A stretch of DNA of 64,000 nucleotides from Geosiphon pyriformis uo1. Lineage: Eukaryota > Fungi > Glomeromycota. The stretch covers positions 214,739 through 278,738 of the forward strand of contig JAAOMT010000483.1 in the NCBI GenBank assembly GCA_016748015.1, in the 5' to 3' direction. The notes beneath the pieces were generated by a model. It was given only the letters and a program-made list of their open reading frames with translations. It did not search any database and was not told the DNA's origin. Below, one piece after another: positions 1 through 13,139 of the stretch (positions are counted from its first letter, which is position 1; every line of letters starts with the position of its first letter). The position numbers were made by a program, and so were the translations under genes.

Positions 1-59
1 AAAACATTATTTCAATACTTTAGACAAGATTTGAAAATACTATTTGAAGCTGTTACTGC

Positions 60-1068
60 TATTACCCAAGTAAAAAAACCAATCCAAAGTTATGGAGAAA
101 ACATGACTAAAAACATGATAACATAAAATAATATAAGATAATGTAAAAAAATACAGAATAACGCATAATAACTCAGAATAACATAATACAAAACTTGATA
201 AATGTGGTATAACACAAAATAATTAGTGGAAACATAGGATAACTAATAATAACATAAAAAACAAAGTGATAACAAAAATAGTAAAGCAATAGCTAGCAAA
301 AATGAAACAATAAAAAACAATTCTGTAGAACAAAAAAATATATATAAAAATGAGTAGTTATAAAAGTTAGAAAAGCATTCAGACAAGAATCAATTTTCTT
401 CTTTCTTATAATTATTACATTTTACAAATATAAAGGACTTATTTAAAAACCACAAAATTATTGATACATGATCATAAATTATCTTGTGTTTGAATCAAAC
501 TAATTTTTGTTTTATACTTTTATTCCAGAACAGATGTTCTTAATATAAATGTCTTGAATTCTTAATAATCTGAACCAATTGTTCTTAATTATAGTAATTA
601 ACAATACTAATTCATCTTTCTTTATTTTATTTTATTTTTTTTATTTTTTTTTATTTTTTATTTTCTCTTGTGGAGTAGCAACATAGGAAAATTGATTGTT
701 TAATAATAGACTTTGTAATAGCCTGGTAAAAGAGAGAGGCTCTTCTTAAATTTGGATATTAATATTATCTTGATAGCTTACCAGAAGAGCAAAAAGACAC
801 CACCAGATCCTAATAACTATGCTCATTAGATCAGAAAAAATAGTTTACATTTACATACAAAACATTGCAATATCATGAAACATTTTTCTGTGCCTTATAA
901 CCAAAGAACTTTATGGGTAAATTCATAACAATTAAACAGACTTTTAGAGACTAATAACACCAATATAACAAACCAGCCTACCAAACAAAAACTCTCAAAA
1001 GCTTCTTAAAAACCCAAGTTTTGAGCACCAAATATTACTATTATACTCTACTAAGTTTATTCATAATA
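60..1068 (+). repeat. Solo LTR of family A inserted into the gag of element A
   Basis: Colinear with LTR 11901-12922; no PBS follows; flanks ctgc (56-59) / ccac (1069-1072); removing it restores the frame KTLFQYFRQDLKILFEAVTA-KRNFCQYQQAKIDCLLG. Confidence 0.85.
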
Positions 1069-1072
1069 CCAC

Positions 1073-3130
1073 TAAAAGAAATTTTTGTCAATATCAACAG
1101 GCAAAAATTGACTGTCTGTTAGGCCAAACAACAGATACAGAAAAAATCAAAAAACAAATACACCAAAAATTATTAACATATTCAACAGAAATCACTACTT
1201 AAGTCATAGTTAAGACCCTTTGTATAATTAACAAAGAAATCAAAAAATACATAACACAACAGTATCCTCAAATAAAAGGAAGACAATTAGCAAAGCCCAA
1301 CTTTACAAAATTCGAGTTTAAATCTGATAATACAACAGCCACACAAGAACAAACTCAATTCATGGTCAGCAAGAAGTCAAGATTACTTTCATCAACTACT
1401 TTATTATATTATTAGACATCAAAAAGTAGAATCTTATTCAACCAACTTACAAAAACAGAAACAAAAACTCCAAGAACTCCCAGAACTCTGTATTTCTGAG
1501 ATCATAATAATAATCTTTGGACAAAATTCCTAAGAGAATACAAATTGTTATTTAGGAATCTTACTTTAACAGCCAGTTAATCCAGCAAAAGCATGTTCTT
1601 TTGGATATCACTACTAACACAGTTTTTAATAGAATTGGCAACCACTCCTATAGAAGAAACAGCCATTTTGCTACTCATTGGCCCCAACAAAAAAAAACAA
1701 CCAGTATTAGCATCTGAAGAACAATATAGTATCACACCATCAATTTCCTTAGCCTTAACCAATAAACTACCTCCAATTAATTAGAACATGACTTACCAAA
1801 ATATTGCTAGGTTTGAAAAATTTTCCAGAAAAGAAAATAACACAAATTCTTGGATTGTGGAAGCCAAGAAAGCAATTACTGCCAACAATTGGGATAATAA
1901 CAGAACAATCCAAATATTGTCTTTTTTTCTAACAAAAATGGCAGATTCATAGTATCAAAGTCTTGAAGAGAAACCAACTAACTTTGCTGCTTTCAAATTT
2001 GCTTTTTTGTGATATTTTTATAAACCTAATATACTTATCAAATTACAAAATCAGTTTAGTATAGTAAAACAGAAAGATCATAAAGCCATAACCACTTATT
2101 TTGGATGATTTAATCAAATTCTCTAACAGGTTTAGGCAATTGAAAGAGACTATTACACATACAGACAAATCCTTAATCAATTTATCAAAAGATTAAAAAG
2201 TAACATTTTACAATTAGTAAAACTTCAGCACCCAATAAACTTACAAAAAGCAATCTTTCTTGTTCATAACTTCAAATCAGCAAAACAAGAAGCCAACTAC
2301 ACTCAAGTTGTCAATTTGGCCATCAATAAAACCCGCAATATTAATGAAAAGCTTATCCAATTAAGTGAAAAATTAACTCAAAAAATTGAGGAATTTTTAG
2401 CCAGTACTACAGAAACCTATCAGCTACCCCAATGAAAAGACAACAATAACAACAAATACCAACTACAACAAAATCATCAACAACAACAACAATTCTAAAG
2501 ATCAGATCTCCATAATTGTTACTACTGTCAAAAACCTGGACATATTGCCCAGAATTGCCAAAAGAAAGTAACAGACTAAAACCAAGGAAATTAATATTAT
2601 CAACAATTAAAATATTCTCAAGTCATAAGACCACAACACTCAGCACCTCAATATTAACCACCACAGTACTTACAACAAATGTTCCAGAATTACTATTAAC
2701 CACTATCAGCAATAACTCAACCAGCATCTTAATATTAAAATTCTGTATATAGTTAACCAAAAACTTGAACAATTGACTACAATTAAGGATGATAAAACAT
2801 TAGTAAGAATTAATTACAACCTATCAATGAGCCATTCTAACCAATCAATTGTGACAATACAACATTCTAATCAATGCCAACTAAATATCCTAATCAAGTC
2901 TCATATTTTGATCTCACCAAAACTCCAAATTTTGGTAATACTACATCTTTAGAAGGGAAGAATGTAAATAAACTTCTTAATCTTTTAACTCTAAAAACCA
3001 TCTTAACTACCATCACTATTCTACTTGTCACCATCATAGAAGACCATACTCTGGCCACTATATTTTTTTTCAATCTTAATAATTTGAATAATATCATTGA
3101 TCTTTTTAGCAGAGTTACTATTAACCAAAA
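1073..3130 (+). pseudogene. gag: gag remnant of A (capsid-like region, CCHC knuckle)
   Basis: CYYCQKPGHIAQNC at 2517-2558; EKFSRKE...W capsid-like segment; Gln-rich tracts; many premature stops. Confidence 0.8.
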
Positions 3131-6100
3131 CAAACCAATCATGGTGATGTATACTAATGTTTGAGTAGAAAAAATAAACATTAAATTAATATTCAACAGT
3201 AAATCTACAGATAGCATAATTACAAAACAACTTATGAATTAATTAAGTCACCAAGTGGATTAGACAGCTACTGCCCAAATTATTACAGCAGATAAAAATA
3301 CCAAGATCCTAATAAGAGAAATTGACAATTTTTTTTTCAAAATTAGCAGAATTCAAATACCTACTAAAGTTTTTGTCATGGAAGTTATTCAATATTAAGC
3401 CTTTGTAGAAAACAATTGGCTAATAAAAGCCTATGCTACTCTAGACTGAAATATACAAAAGCTTTAAATTACTTTCAAAGGACAACATGCTTGAATACTC
3501 ATAATATGCAGACACTTCCAAATAACAACCCCAAAATAATCATTAATCAAATTTAATAAACTAATTTCCCAACCAACCTTAAAAACATACCAAGTTTTTT
3601 GAACAGACAATTTTTGAACAGAGCTTCTAACAATCTCTACTTGAGAAAATAAAGAAAAAGGAAAAACTGATAAAGAACATCAGGTTCCCTTATCAATTTA
3701 CCAAATACCATATTAAAAAGATCAACTATACTAACTTCTAAAACTAATCTGTGTTGATTGTAAAAAGAAATTATCTTTAATAGATGTCTGTATTGGAGAT
3801 GACAAAGTTTGGCCAACTGCCATAAAATATTATTGTTAACTGTGTGTATTAGAAAAATTCAGATGATCAAAATAGCAGAGCAAATAGAACAATATCTTCT
3901 GTTTTATATGTAGTGAAATTCTATCTAATAAAGATCTATGGAATAACATTCCTAAAAAAGGAGGAATCTGTGATAAGTCTTGTCAGTACACCATTTTGAT
4001 TAATAACTGGATGCAAAAAAAACTTTGTTCACTGCAACATATCAACAGACAATAAACTGACTGGAGAATTATTCTTATAATAAAGAAAAAATTTGGAAAA
4101 TAGCCCTAGCAAAATGTGAAGAAGCCATTATTGAAGAAATACATACCATTAAAAATGCTTTTATAATCATCAAAAAAATAGATGACCTATTCACAAATAA
4201 CTTGGAAGTATTCTAAGACTGATACCAAGAATTGGCTCTTATCTGGGAGGAACAAAAGCAAAGCCTAACTGACTTCAATACAAAGCTGTGCAATCATTGT
4301 TTAATTTCTTGCCATTTTTAACACTGTAACAAATGTGATTTTTTATTCAATCTACCTCTAAGAACATTATATTCTATCACAGAATTATCAAAACCTAAAG
4401 ACAACTATAAATTAGTCACCAAGAACATGTTATTTTAAGAGCTGAATAAGGCTGTCAAAATGGAACAGTACTTTGTCTATCTTGACCTCTTTAAAAAATT
4501 GGAATTAAAATAATATAATAACAACCATGAAGAAATATGTCTTGAAAAAACACACAAAACTAATGCTAGTTTTGACTTAAAATACCTTGAACAATTACCT
4601 ATAGTTATAGCTTTATATTTTTTTGTAACAATAGATCTAAAAATAGTCTTGAAAATTTTTATCAGTATGATGGTACAAATCACATCTTGATTTAGTCTGG
4701 CTAAGAAAAAAATTAATATGAAAAAAGGAATTATTAATGCTAGATATATCCAGAAACATTATTAGAATATTACAAAACAATTCAGACCAACCCTACAAAA
4801 TTGAGTTACAAGAAAAAATTGCTTAAGCTATCTTTTTGCCTTTTATAAAAATACCCAAATTAACTTCAGTTACTACATATAAAGAATTAAATCTCATTGT
4901 TAAAAGAATTAATGGATTCAGATCAAGTAGAAAAGGAAACATATTCATCAATTTTATTGAAGAAAGCAGTGACCAAATAGAACTTATATACACAGACACA
5001 ATTATTTTTATCTCTCCATATTGACAATATATTCTTAAAATAGAAAGAAAGATCTAAGATCAAGTCATATTATTTAAAGCCAATCCAGAAATTTGCTCTT
5101 TAGCTGATATAATCAATTTGTATATACTAATCAAAGCTTATAAACATTTAAAAATTTCTATCTATAATTACACTAAAGATACTATTGAAATCCCAAAATA
5201 AATTCTTATTGGTTTCATATCCTCAAACATTCAAAATCCAAAAAAACCTCAACCTATTTCAGATTTTATGCAATTATTCTTATTTTGTAATATTACTTTA
5301 CAAGTATAGAACCTGCTAAAAAAAAGTTACTTATTTACATTAGAAGAAATCAACAAATTAAATTTGAGAAACTTAAGCACTCTATAGCAAATACAACTTA
5401 AAGTCCTTTTAAATCAGTATACCAATGTTTTTGCCAGCAAAAATGAATTTGAACACACTGATATTATTAAACACCAGATTAATATAGAAGACATGTGACT
5501 CATTAAGCAATAAGCTTATAGAATAAACCCAACAGATAACAATCTAATCAAACAGAAGGTACAACAAATGCTTGACAACAGTTTAATCAAAAAATTGTTA
5601 AGCTCTTAGTCCTCTTTAATTGTATTAGTCACAAAAAAAAATAGAAAGATAAGATTCTGCATGAACTATCAGAAACTAAATAGTATTATTTAAGAAGATA
5701 GTTATTCCACTCTTTTTATTCAAAAAATTTTAAACAATCTGGGAAATAAAAAATAATTCTCATTATTAGATTTCACCAGCAGATATTGACAAGTCAAAAT
5801 AGATTTAAAGAACAAAAAAAAAACAGCATTTACTATGTGAGATAGAAACTTTGAGTTCAACATAATGCTTTTTGGACTTTACAACATCTCTGCTATCTTT
5901 CAATAGTTAATAAATATTATGTATAAAAGAATCTTATAGAAATTAGTTATAATATATTTAGACAATACTAATGTATTTTCTGAAACCTTCAATAACCATT
6001 TACTTTACTTTCAACAGATTTTTAAGTACTTCTGGGGTGCAAAACTAAAACTTAATCTTAACAAATGCTTTTTTGGAAAAAAAAAACTGAAATTTTTAGG

Positions 6101-8204
6101 ACACCTAATTGGTAAAAATGAAGTCAAATCTGATTCAAACAAAGTACAAAAAGTTAGAGATTTTTCAGTTCTAACTAATTTATAAAAACTAAGAAAATTC
6201 TTAGAACTGGCTGGATACTATTGTTAATTTGTTAAAGAATTCTCAGATATTGCTAAATCTTTTTACCACTTATTGTCAAAACATGTGCTGTACTTCTGGA
6301 AAAAAAAACAGTAAGAAGCATTTGATTACTTTAAACAATAATTGATTACAGCACCAATTTTGATCTACTCCAACTTCAACAAAAGATTTATAATTGCAAC
6401 AGATGTTTTAAAAAACACATTAGAAGTAGTTCTGTCTCAAATCAGACCAAACAACAGAAAACATCCAATTACATATACTAGTCATAACACAAATTCAGCA
6501 AAAAAAATATACAGTACAACAAATTTGGAATATCTTGTCATCTATTGAGTTATATACACATAAAAATACTATCTTAGCCAACTATTTGACATATATAATA
6601 ATCATAAAAGGCTTATTTGGTTACTTAACAAACCACAACCAAAAAGAAAATATGTGTGATGGAGTACTTATTTGTAACAATTTCTATTGTTACAGGTGAA
6701 TATTTGGGATCTTAAATTAAATAACAAATCTGTAACTTGGTGTTCTATTGGTATATTGGTGATATCAGTGATCTAAAGGTTTTATCAATCTGAAGGTTTT
6801 GGGTGGAATTCTTTGTATAATGAACAGAGCTTTGATGATTGTTCTATCAGTAATCTCTTGGAATCACAATTTCTTTAAATTTTTTTCTTAGCATGATAAC
6901 TGGTAATCTGACAGAGATGCTCTTTTGGTAAGCTATCCTTAAATTTTTAAATTCTTAATCCTATACCCTTCTTTTGGGGTCTTTTACCAGACTATCCTTG
7001 ATGTTAATAATTCAATGCTTAATCCTTAATTAATTAGTATACAACAATAAAATCAAAGAAATAAAAAAAATAAAAAAATAAAAAAATAAGCCAAGGCAAT
7101 TTGCAAATTAGTATCCCATCAATAGTTGTGATTAAGAGCTATTGTTTTAGTGTTATTAAGTATCAATTGCTATCAACATGAAATGTTGATAGTGGAAAAT
7201 GAATTTGAGATAGTGAATAATTATTTTATTGATTTGGAAGGTTGCTTAGATTAAATCTAAACTGAGAGGTCTAAACTAAAAGAAGGGTTTTTTTTTTGTA
7301 TTTTTAATAATTATGATTTGTAAGTCTAATTGATTTTGTTAGTCTAATTGACTCTGTAAATCAATTAACTCGAAGTCTTCTTGACTAATTTTCTAACTTC
7401 TAATACTACTGCTATATATATATAATTGAGACTCCTCAATTTCTCAATTTTTTACACCAGAAATTTTGGAATTTCTGGAATCCTGCAATTCCTTTGAAAA
7501 AAATCCTGGAATTCTGAAATCCTGTAATTCCTTATATGAGAATTCTGAAATTCCACATTTATTACATCTACTTCTGATTGGCTAATTTTATATGCTAATA
7601 TACTTTTTATATTTTATAAGTAACATTATTCCCTTCTTTAATATTGAGCTCCTGTAAAATCTTCTAAATTTCTCTTTTGTATCAATTTTGTTGCTGTAAT
7701 TTCTATTGCTATTTTTTAAATCTAATTTTTATATGTGACTGGGTTTTTAACTATAGTGGTCTGTTCAGAATATCCAAGTTTAAACCTTGTATCTGTATTA
7801 TATGTATGTTTAAACATAATGCCCTTATTATTATCACTAAATTGAATTAATTCCTGCTCTGTTGTAAGATCTAGAAGTATGATAGATTGTTTAGTGTTTG
7901 AAGTGGAGTTTGAATTGTTGTTGGTGAAGTTTGAATTGTCATTGTCATTAATGGAGTTTGAATTGTTGTCATCATCAGCAAAGTTTGAATTGGAATTATG
8001 TTCTGATTCTGATTTCTATTTGTTCTCGCTAATTGGCTCTTCTTCAAATATATGACACATGGGAGTGAATTGTGACTACATTCCAATATTCTGACTCAGA
8101 ACTGTCAGGTGAGTTTTGCTAATTTATTGGTACTATGAAAATTAGATTTTATTGGGCTATTGGAGATAAGTTTTCTTGTAAGATAGTGGTATTTGGAATT
8201 TATC

Positions 8205-8540
8205 AAACTTTGAATGTTTGGGTTTTTGAATAATTCCTGGAGTTTGAATTGCTAGAGATTTAACAAGTTTTATTAATGGTAAGTTTCTTTATATGATAGC
8301 AGAGTTAGAATTATTGGGTTTCAAATGTTTGGGTTTTTTTAATGATTGGGTCTTGAATAATTGGAGTTTTAATGAGTTTATTAAAAGTAAGTTTCAAATG
8401 TTTGGGGTTTTAATAATCAGGTCTTAAATATTCGGAGTTTTAATTTAACAATTTTTATCAAAGGTAAGTTTCAAATATTTGGGGTTTTAACATTTATGTT
8501 TTGAATAATCAGAGTTTTAATTTAACAAGTTTTTCAAAGA
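8205..8540. repeat. Degenerate ~72-78 bp tandem repeat (~4 units) inside E
   Basis: Recurring tttcaaatgtttgggg(t)ttt...ggagttttaat...ggtaag at ~8320, 8392 and 8469. Confidence 0.7.
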
Positions 8541-8650
8541 TAATGCTAAAATAAGAATTTTGCAAATTCTAAGTAATTTTTCCTTGTTTTCTCTTGGTCT
8601 GTTACTTTCCTGCATAGTTGTTGCTGGTGCTGATTTTCTGTTGGATTATA

Positions 8651-8667
8651 CCTCACAGGGAGCACCA
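8651..8667 (-). promoter_or_regulatory. Primer binding site of E
   Basis: TGGTGCTCCCTGTGAGG starting 2 nt after the LTR end. Confidence 0.85.
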
Positions 8668-11039
8668 AATGTTACAGATGATTATTTGGGATCTCAAATC
8701 AAATAACAAACCTGTAACTTGGTGCTCTATTGGTATATTAGTGATATCAGTGATTTAAAGATTTTATCAGTCTAAAGGTTTTGGGTGGAGTTCTTTGTAT
8801 AATGGACAGAGCTTCAATAATTGTTCTATTAGTAGCCTCCTAGAATCACAATTCTGTTAAATTTTTTTCTTAGCATGGTGGCTGGTAATCTGGCAAAGAT
8901 GCCTTTCTGGTAAGCTATCTTTAAATTCTTAATCCTATACCCTTCCTTTAGGATCTTTTATCAGGCTATCCTCAATGTCAATAATTCAGCACTTAATTCT
9001 TAATTAATTAGTATACAACAATAAAATCAAAGAAATAAAAGAAATAAAAAAATAAAAAAATAAGCCAAGACAATTTGCAAGTTAGTATCCCATTAATAGT
9101 CATAATCAAGAGCTATTGTTCCAATATGGTTAAGTATCAATTGCTATCAACATGAAATGTTAATAGTGGAAAGTGAATTTGAGATAGTAAATAATTATTT
9201 TATTGATTTGGAAAGTTGCTTAGATTAAATCTAAATTAAGAGGTCTAAACTAAAAGGGTTTTTTTTTTATATTTTTAATAATTATGATTTGTAAGTCTAA
9301 TTGATTCTGTTAATCTAATTAACTCTGTAAATTAATTGACTCAGAGTCTCTTTGACTAATTTTCTAACTTCTGATACTATTGCTATATATATATAATTAA
9401 GATTCCTCAATTCCTCAATTCTTCACATTAGGAATTCTGAAATTTCTGGAATCCTGCAATTTCTTTGAGAGGAATCCTGTAATTCCTCATACAAGAATCT
9501 TGAAATTTCACATTTACTATGTCTACTTCTAATTGGTTAATTTTATATGCTAATATACTTCCTATATTCTATAAGTAACACCATACAAAGTTTATTATAA
9601 GAAAGAATTTAAGAATGCCAATGCTAACAGCTTGTCGAAAATAACACAAATCTAGCCTCAAACTTATGAATACAACTATTTATCAGCAATTACATTAGTA
9701 CTTATTAACACTTCAGTTCAAGAAGATATTATCTTAACAAGAACAGAGTATTATATAAAAACAAGCTCAAAAATACTTTATTTAAAATAATCAACTATAT
9801 TATCAAGAATATTAAAACTGTACCACTTCACAACAGATTATAAAAAACAATGAAAAAGAAACTATTTTACATAATATACATTTTGACCCAACTGCAAAAC
9901 ACTTCAACAAAAATGCTACTCTAAAAAAAATCATAAACTGATATTATTGGCCAATGATATATAAAAATATTTTTGAATACATGCTTAATTGTGATTTCTG
10001 CCAAAGAAGAGAAGGAACAAAATTAATAGAACCACTTCAACCCATTTCAGTTGAAAACTCATTTGATAGAATCAGAATCAATTTGATCAGTTCTTTTTTA
10101 ATTACATCCAAAAAAAATTGTTACATAGCTGTAGCAATAGATTATTTTATCAAGTGATTAGAAGCCAAAACAATTCAAGTGGCTAATGCTAAAACAGCAG
10201 CCAAGTTTGTATATCAAGATCTAATCTGCTGTTATAGATACTTAAAAGAATTGTTATCTAACTAAAAAACACATTTTGTTAATAATATGCTAATTAAACT
10301 AAGTCAACAGTTTGAAATAAAATAACCCTTATTACTACTCTATTACTCACAAACAAATAGACTAGTAGAACAATTTAATCAAACACTGTGTAAAGCATTA
10401 GCAAAAATAAGTTACAAAAATGCACAAGAATAGGACTTATTTATACCTTCTGTATTATTTGCATACCAAATATTAAAACAAAATACTACCCAGTTTACAT
10501 CATTTAAATTAGTCTACAAAAGGAAAGCTATTTTACTTATTAAACAAAAAATATCTTCTTTTCCAACAGAAACAATTACTAAAGAAAATTTTGAAACTAT
10601 CATATGCCAAAAAACATAATAGCTTATGGAAATATTAAAAAATAATTATAGAATAGCAGCTAACAATATTAATAAAGCTCAAAAATAACAGAAAGAAAGA
10701 TATAATAATCGCCTATCTAACCAATCAATTGAATTCAAAATTGAAAACCAAATACTGTTATGTTGTATAAAGACTAAAAAACAGTAGAGTGGAAAGTTTA
10801 ATCCAAAGTAAGATGGTTTATTTCACATACATGAAGTTTTAGACAATAAAACTTACAAATTAAAATTGGAAGACAGAATTTTAAAGAAAGTAGTACATGG
10901 AAATCAGTTGAAAATTTATTATACAAACCAAAAAACATTGTTATTTATATCACAACTAAGAACACAGATTCTATTAATTAAACCAGAAAATATACTACAA
11001 GATTTGAAACCAATCATCATCATCAAAATATAATCAACA

Positions 11040-11888
11040 TATGACTATTTAATTGGAAAATTTAAGTATATATAACAGCCAAAACAGTAAAAATAAATCA
11101 ATAAAACTTGCAATATAAATCTTTTAAATCAAATTTTACAACTTTCAAAACAACTATTTAACACAATTTAACAATCTACCACTCAAATAAAAATCACAAT
11201 TGATAAAAAAGAGATACAATACAAAAACAGGAGCAGAAAAGGGGTGAACAAAAGTTCAATTAGAACTGAATAATCTCATTTCTATAAACAATCTCTTATT
11301 CTAGTAATTAGTGCTTTACACAAAAATCAAGGAAAAAAAAAAGAAAAAAAGAAAAAAAAAGATATGTTATAAAAAACACTTGACACAAATAAGAAGAAGA
11401 AGAAGGTAACAGAAATAGATATGTGTTGAATGAAACTCAAAAAATTAAAAAAGTTTTTAGCAGACTAATATTAGAACCAGTAATAAGAAAATGAACACCA
11501 GAAAACTCCAGAATGTGGAAAGAAAAATTTTTACTAGTATATTGGTTCTATAAGATTAGTGAACAACTAAAATTGAGTACACTATACAAAAACCACAACT
11601 GTCAAACATTCAACAAAGTGGCTCTTAAACAAATAAAAAAATTTATAGGAAAAAGCAACCTAACACTAAATTACAAAGCAGCATATCACTTATACTTAGC
11701 ATTTAAATATTGTTTAGCCATATTACTAAACAGCTTATTAACAACCATTACAGTCAAAAATGTAAAATGAATGATGAATAATCAATTTAAAGATTTACAA
11801 AAAGCAATACTCAATGCTATAATCGAATACTATACAAAGAACACAGATTTTACAGATGCATATGATTTCACAAAAGCTCAATTCTAAA
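11040..11888 (+). pseudogene. ORF3 remnant of A (post-integrase accessory ORF)
   Basis: ORF 11513-11770 (YKAAYHLYLAF...ILLNSLLTTITVKNV) aligns by eye with ORF3 of D and of B/C/G/H. Confidence 0.65.
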
Positions 11889-11900
11889 AGAGAGAGATAA

Positions 11901-12922
11901 TATTACCCAAATAGAAAAACCAATCCAAAGTTATAGAGAAAATGTGACCAAAAATGTGACAACATAAAATAACACAGAATAATATGAAAGAACACAAAAT
12001 AATGTGTAATAACTTAGAAAAACATAATACAAAACTCGATAATATATTATAGCATAAAATAACTAGTTAAAACATAGAATAACTAGTAATAATATAGAAG
12101 AACAAAGTGATAACAAAAATAGTAAAGCAATAGCTAGCAAAAATAAAACAATTAAAAAACAATTCTGTAGAACCAAAAAAATATATATAAAAATAAGTAG
12201 TTATAAAAGTTAGAAAAGCATTCAGACAAGAATCAATTTTTTTCTTTTTTATAATTATTACATCTTATAAAAATAAAGGACTTATTTAAAAAACCACAAA
12301 ATTATTAATACATAATTATTAATCATTTTGTGTTTAAATTGAACTAATCTTTGTTTTATACTTTTATTCTAGGACAAATACTCTTAGCATAAATGCCTTA
12401 AATCCTTAATGACTGGACCAATCATGCTTGATTATGGCAATTGATGATATTAATTTATTTATTTTTATTTTATTTTTTTTTACTTTTATTTTTTTTTATT
12501 TTTTATTTTTTATTTTTTTTTTCTTGTAAAGTGGCAACATAGAAAAATTAACTGTCTGGAAATAAACTTCATAATAGCTTGGTAAAAAAAAGAGGCTTCT
12601 CTTAAGTTTAAATATTAACATTATCTTGGTAGCTTACCAGAAAGACAAAAAGATATTGCCAGACTCTAATAACTATACTTATTAGCTTGGAAAAGATAGC
12701 TCATATTACATACAAAAAGTTGCAATACTACAAAACATATTTCTGTGCTTTATAACCAAAAAACTTTATGGGTAAATTTATAACAATTTAACAAATCTTC
12801 TGAGACTGATAATACTGACACAACAAATAAAACTACTGAAAAAAAATCATCAAAAGCTCTCTAGAAACCAAATTTTAAGCACCAAATGTTACTATCATAT
12901 CTCATTAAGTTTATTTATAACA
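11901..12922 (+). repeat. 3' LTR of A
   Basis: Follows the PPT; T(A)TTAC...TAACA ends; homologous to 60-1068. Confidence 0.9.
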
Positions 12923-13139
12923 TTATTATTGTTTTTGCTATAATACAAATTATTTATAATCATCAAAAATATAAATTAGTCTGAAATTTTAAATGATAAT
13001 TTTTACATGTTTTTATTTATATAATTAAATTTTATTGGTTAATATATATGTGTTTTTAATATATTATTTATAATAAAAAATAAGATTTTATATAATATAA
13101 AACCAAATACAGTATTATAAAGTTTAAATATTATTTAAT

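Larger units (their letters stand above)
6688..9580 (-). mobile_element. Non-autonomous, internally deleted LTR element E (2.9 kb)
   Basis: LTRs 8670-9580 and 6688-7625 (TGTTA...TAACA); PBS 8651-8667; PPT next to 7626; TSD ctat/ccat; only ~1 kb internal. Confidence 0.9.
3131..10930 (+). pseudogene. pol: pol remnant of A: protease ~3140-3520, Cys-rich domain ~3740-4350, dUTPase ~4490-4930, RT ~5500-6300, RNase H (split by E), integrase ~9750-10930
   Basis: LIFNSKSTDSII (decayed LILDSGS), ASFDLKY, YLDN, FIIATD, CDFC, RIRINLI motifs; ORF-track fragments 6342-6548 and 9954-10157. Confidence 0.85.
1..12922 (+). mobile_element. Ty3/gypsy LTR retrotransposon A (5' LTR outside the window), degenerate, with two nested insertions
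   Basis: Decayed gag, protease, dUTPase, RT, RNase H and integrase in gypsy order; PPT aaaagagagagataa at 11886-11900, then an LTR ending TAACA at 12922. Confidence 0.9.

Noticed and set aside
2800-3130. Alternative genetic code to explain the many in-frame TAA/TAG/TGA
   Set aside because: All three stop codons occur, at different positions in different copies, and derive from CAA/CAG/CGA/TGG by transitions.
60-12922. Reading 60-1068 and 11901-12922 as the LTR pair of one complete element
   Set aside because: No PBS after 1068, the first LTR has its own TSD, and gag continues in frame from bases 1-59.
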